Origin: Camelus dromedarius
Taxonomy: Eukaryota
Assembly (NCBI RefSeq): GCF_036321535.1
Contig: NC_087437.1
Location: forward strand, 121,832,001-121,896,000
Length of the DNA stretch: 64,000 bases
Direction of reading: 5' to 3'
Made by a program: the position numbers and the translations under genes. Within the stretch, counting starts at the first letter, position 1. Each line of letters starts with the position of its first letter. Positions 59,340 through 64,000 of this stretch are shown piece by piece. Below the pieces are notes generated by a model that made no database searches, had not been told where the DNA came from, and worked only from the letters and a program-made list of their open reading frames with translations.

Positions 59340-62300
59340 TTCTTTAATTTACTTTGAAATTTGGGGGATATAATTTACATGCCATAAAATTCACCCTTTT
59401 AAAGTTTAGATTTAGTGGTTTCTGGTATATTTACAAGGTTGTGCAACCATCATCACTGCCTAATTCCAGAGCATTTCATCACTTTGAAAAGAAACTTCAT
59501 ACCCCTTAATAGTCACTCCCCACTCCTCCCTTCCCTCAGCTCTTGGCAACCATTAATCTACTTCTGTCTCTAAGGTTCTGCCTATTATACACTTTCCATA
59601 AGAGTAGAGTTATAAGTATGTAGCCTTTGGTCTCTGGCTTCTTTTACTCAGTATAATAATGTCAGGGTTCATCCATTGCCCACTGTAGCATTTATCAGTA
59701 CTTTATTCCTTTTTATGGCTGAAAAATACTGCATTGTATGGATATATCACATTTTGCTTATCCATTCATTCATCAGGAAGTGGATATTTGAGGTTTTTTT
59801 TCATTTTTTGTCTGTTATGAATAATGTATTGTCAACAGTCATGTACAAGTTTTTGTATGAATACATGTTTTCATTTCTTTTGAGTATATACTTAGGAGTG
59901 AATTTGATGGCTCAAATAATAACTCTATGTTTAACTTTTTGGGTAACTTCCAAACTGTTTTCCAAATATCCTGTGCCATTTTACATGACTCCCAGTGATG
60001 TATGAGGGTTCTAGTTTCTTCACATCTTTACCAACACTTGTTATTTTCACTTTTTTGATTATTGCTATCTTAGTGGGTGTGAAATAGTATCTCATTGTGG
60101 TATTGATTAGTATTTCCCTAATGACTGATGCTTTTGAGCACCTTTTCGTGTGCTTATTGGCCATTTGTATATCTTCTTTGGAGAAATGTCTATTCAAACC
60201 CTTTGGTTGTTTTTGAATTGGGTTGTCTTTTTATTGTTGAGTTGTAAGAGTTCTTTATATATTGTTTACTAATCCCTTATCAGATATATGTTTTGCAAAT
60301 ATTCCCTCTCCAACTATGAGTTGTCTTTTCATTTTCTTGATAGTATCCTTTGATGCACAAAATGTTTTAATTTTCATGAAGTCCAATTAATCTATTTTTT
60401 TCTTTTGTCACTTGTGTTTTAGGTATTATATTTAAGACAACATTGCCTAATCCCAGGTCACAAAGATTCACACGTGTGTTTTATTCTAAAGTTTTAGCTC
60501 TTAAATTTAGATCTTTAATACATTTTGAGTTAATTTTTATGTATGGTATGAGGGAGAAGTTTCTGTTTCTGGCTATCCAGTTGTCCTAGCACTATTTGTT
60601 GAAAAGATTATTTCCTCAGTGAATGGTCTTTTAGCACCTTTGTTGAAAAGCAGTTGACCATAAAATAAGGGTTTATTTTTGGACTCTCAGTTTGATCCCA
60701 TCTTTCTTTATATCTATCTTTATGCCAAAACTACACAGTCTTAATTATTGAAACTTTGTGCTAAGTTTTGAAATTGGGAAGTGTGAGTCCTCCAACTTTG
60801 TTGTTTTTATTTAAGGTTGTTTTGGCTATTCCCAGTCCCTTGCATTTCCATATGATTTTTTTAGGATTATCTTGTCAATTTCTGCATGAAAGGCAGCTGG
60901 AATTTTGATAAGGAATGTACTGAATGTATAGACCAATTTTGGAATATTGCCATCTTAACATTAAGTCTTCTAATCCATGAACATGGGGTGTATTAGCTGT
61001 AATAGTTTTTTTAGTGGATTTTGAAGGTTTTCTATGTATAAGACTATGTCTTCTGCATATATAGATAATTTTGCTTCTTCTTTTCTAATCTGGATGCCCT
61101 GTACTTTTATTTCTTTTGTAATTGCCCTGGTTATAACCTCTAGTATAATGTTGAATTGTTCTGGCAAAGGTGGACATCCTTATCTTCTTCCTGATCTTAA
61201 GGAGAAAGCTTTCAGCCTTTCACCATTAAGTATGTTGTTAGCTGTGGATTTTTGTAGATGTCCTTTATTAGGTTAAGAAAGTTTCCTTCTATTTTTATTT
61301 TGTTGAATTTTTTTTTTTATCATGAAAGAGTGTTGTTATTGTTGTCAGATGCTCTTTCTGAATCTATTGAGATGACTGTGTGGTTTTTGTCCTTTACTAA
61401 TGTCATGCATAATATTGATTGATGTTCATGTGCTGAACCAACCTTGCATTCCTTGGATAAATCCCAGTTGGTCATGGTGGATAATCCTTTTGATATATTG
61501 CTAGATTTAGTTTGTTAGTGTTTTGTTGAGGATTTTTGCACGTGCATTGTTAAGGCATATTGATCTATATATTTTCTTTCCTGTAATATTTTTTGTCAGA
61601 TTTTGATATCAGGATTATATTGGCCTCATAGAACGAATTGGAAAGTGTCCTTTTCTATTTCTTGGAAGAGTCTTTGAAGGATTGGTGTTAATTCTTCTTT
61701 AAATGTTTGATGGAATTCACTAGTGAAAGCCAGTTGGTCTTGGACTTTTCCTTGTGGGAAGTTTTTTCAGTTACTAACAGAATGTCTTTACCCATTTTAG
61801 GTCTATTCAGATTTTGTTGTTGTTCTTGAATCAGTCTTGATAGTTTCTGCCTTTCTAGGAATTTGGCCATTTCACCTAGGTTATCTAATTCATTGGCAAA
61901 CAATTGTTCATAATATTTCTTGATGATTTTTAAAATTTCTTTAAGGTTCCTAATTTCGTTTCTGATTTTAGTAATTTAAGTTTTCTCTCTTGTTCTTGGA
62001 TTATCTGGATAAAAATTTGTCTTTTTCTTTTTTTTTTGTTTTTCATAGAACTAACGTCTAAGTTCATTTTTTTTGCTATTGTTTTCTGTTTTTTACTTCA
62101 TTATTTTTGCTCTAATACTTGCTTTTTTCTTTCTTCTTCTTGCTTTAGATTTAGTTTGTTCTTTTTTAATTTCTTAGGGTGGAAGTTTAGGTTATTGATT
62201 TGAGGCGTTTATTCTTTTTTAATATTGATGTTCACAGCTGGAATACTCTCTAATCACTTTTGTTGCCGCCCATATATTTTGGTATGTTGTATTTTCATTT

Positions 62301-62545
62301 TCAGTCCTCTCAGAATTTTTCTGATTTTCTTTGTGCTTTCTTCTGTGATACCTTGGTTATTTAGGAGTGGACTGTTTAATTACCACAAACTTATGAATTT
62401 CTTATGTTTATGTTGTTGACTTCTGTATTTCTTTCCCTTCCTATTAGAAAGCACACTTTGTATGATTTCAGTCTTTTAAAAGTTTGAGATTTGTTTTTTT
62501 CTAGCCTAATATCTGGTCTCTCCTGGAGAATGTTCCGTGTTTTAA
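59340..62545 (-). mobile_element. L1MB-like element, 3'UTR and ORF2 (5'-truncated, internally deleted)
   Basis: Peptides MNRHFSKEDIQMANKH (59931-60197), IQIRKEEAKLSIYAEDIVLYIEN (decayed RT FADD motif, 60970-61167) and LDNLGEMAKFLERQKL (61688-61903); L1MB-type 3'UTR from 59340. Confidence 0.9.
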
Positions 62546-62559
62546 AATGATATGTTTTG

Positions 62560-64000
62560 AGAGCTTGTCTAAGATGGTGGAGTAGGAAGACCCTTAGCTG
62601 CCTTCTCTCATGGACACACCAAAATTACAATTATTTACAGAAACTCTTGCTGAGAAAGACTGGAATCTACTAGAACAGATTTTCTACAACTAAAGATACA
62701 GAGAAGAAACCACAATGAAATGGGCAAGAATGATAGAATTGCAGTATAGTCAAATCTCATATCCTGGGGTGAGTGACCCACAAATGGGTGAATAATTACA
62801 GTTTCAGAGGTTCTCCCCAAGGTGTGAGGGATCCAGGCCTCACATTGAGCTCATCATCCTGGAGGTCCTGTACCAGGAAGAAAAACCCGCAGAGCATTTG
62901 GCTTTGGAGACCAGTGGCCTAACTTTAGGAAGAGCCAGAGGGCCATAGGAAATAGAGACTCTGCTCTCAAAGGGCACACACAATATCTCACATGCTCTGG
63001 GACCCACAGCAGAAGGAGTAATTTGAAAGGAACCTCGGTCAGACCCACTAACTGATCCAGAGAGGCAGGAGGCAACTGGAGCTCTCCCTGGGGGCATAGA
63101 CAATAGTGGCAGCTATTTTGGGGAGGTTGTTCTACCATGTGGACACTGGTGCTGGCAAGAGCCATTTTGGAACCCTCTCTCTAGCTTATTAACCTCAGGA
63201 GCCAGACCTACCCCTGACCACCAGCTTGTAGGCAGGGTCTGGCAACCAACCAGACTGTGGGGTCACCATGCCTACCAGATCACCCACAGTAGTCAGCCCA
63301 CCACAACAGAAGGATCCACACAATCCACAAAAGGGGGCAACTCTAGAGCATATAGCTCTGATGACCAGAGGGGAGTCTGCAGCTGTGACACATAGGACTT
63401 CTCCTAAAAAAGGCCACATCTCCAAGGTTGGGAAAAGTAACCAACCTACCAGATATGTAGAAATAAAAACAGCAAATTAGACAGAATGGGATAACAGAGA
63501 AACATGTTCCAAATGAAGGAACACGATAAAACCCCAGAAGGAAATAAGTGGAGTGGAGATAGGCAATCTACCCAATAAAGAGTTCATATAATGATCATAA
63601 AGATGATCAAAGAATTTGGGAGAAGAATGGATGAACAGAGTTAGACGTTTTTAACAAAGAGTTAGAAAATATAAAGAACAACCAAACAGAGATGAAGAAT
63701 ACAATAACTGAAATGAAAAATACACTAGAGGGAATCTACAGTAGATTAAATGATACAAAGGAATGGATCAGAGAGCTGGAAGACAGAGTATTGGAAATCA
63801 CTGAGGCTGAACAGAAAACAGCAAAAAAGAATAAAAAGAAGTGAGAACATACTAACATTGACATTATAGGATTCCCAGAAAGAGAAGAGTAAGAGAAGGG
63901 AACAGAGAATGTATTTGAAGACAAAATAGTTGAAAATTTCCCTGACCTGGGAAGGGAAACAGACATCCAGGTCCAGGAAACACAGAGAATCCCAAGCAGG
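62560..64000 (+). mobile_element. L1 with 5'UTR and ORF1 (disrupted), continuing off the right edge
   Basis: 5' start 'aagatggtggagtaggaagaccc'; ORF1-like from ~63490 (atgttccaaatgaaggaac...aatgaaaaatacactagagggaat...gacatccaggtccaggaa). Confidence 0.88.

Overview
Mammalian genomic DNA, most likely camelid (three copies of a tRNA-Ala-derived SINE resembling the camelid vic-1 type). No protein-coding exon can be supported; the many short ORFs are by-products of high GC content and repeats. Layout: (1) 1-3060, the 5' part of a minus-strand endogenous retrovirus with LTR, a perfect tRNA-Arg primer-binding site, a splice donor and decayed pro/pol-like remnants. (2) ~3.1-47.9 kb, GC-rich intergenic DNA with old L1, MaLR (MLT1), hAT/Charlie and solo-LTR fossils, several showing strong AT-to-GC drift. 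(3) ~47.9-49.8 kb, a CpG-island promoter with phased inverted CCAAT boxes, GC boxes and a non-coding + strand first exon ending at a consensus donor (48866/48867). (4) 49.8-64 kb, AT-rich first intron with a canonical RE1/NRSE (REST) site at 51508-51528 and nested L1/L2/MLT1 elements. The gene cannot be identified from coding sequence; PCBP3 is offered only as a testable guess. Repeat family names come from recognising consensus-like sequence by eye, and boundaries are approximate unless stated.
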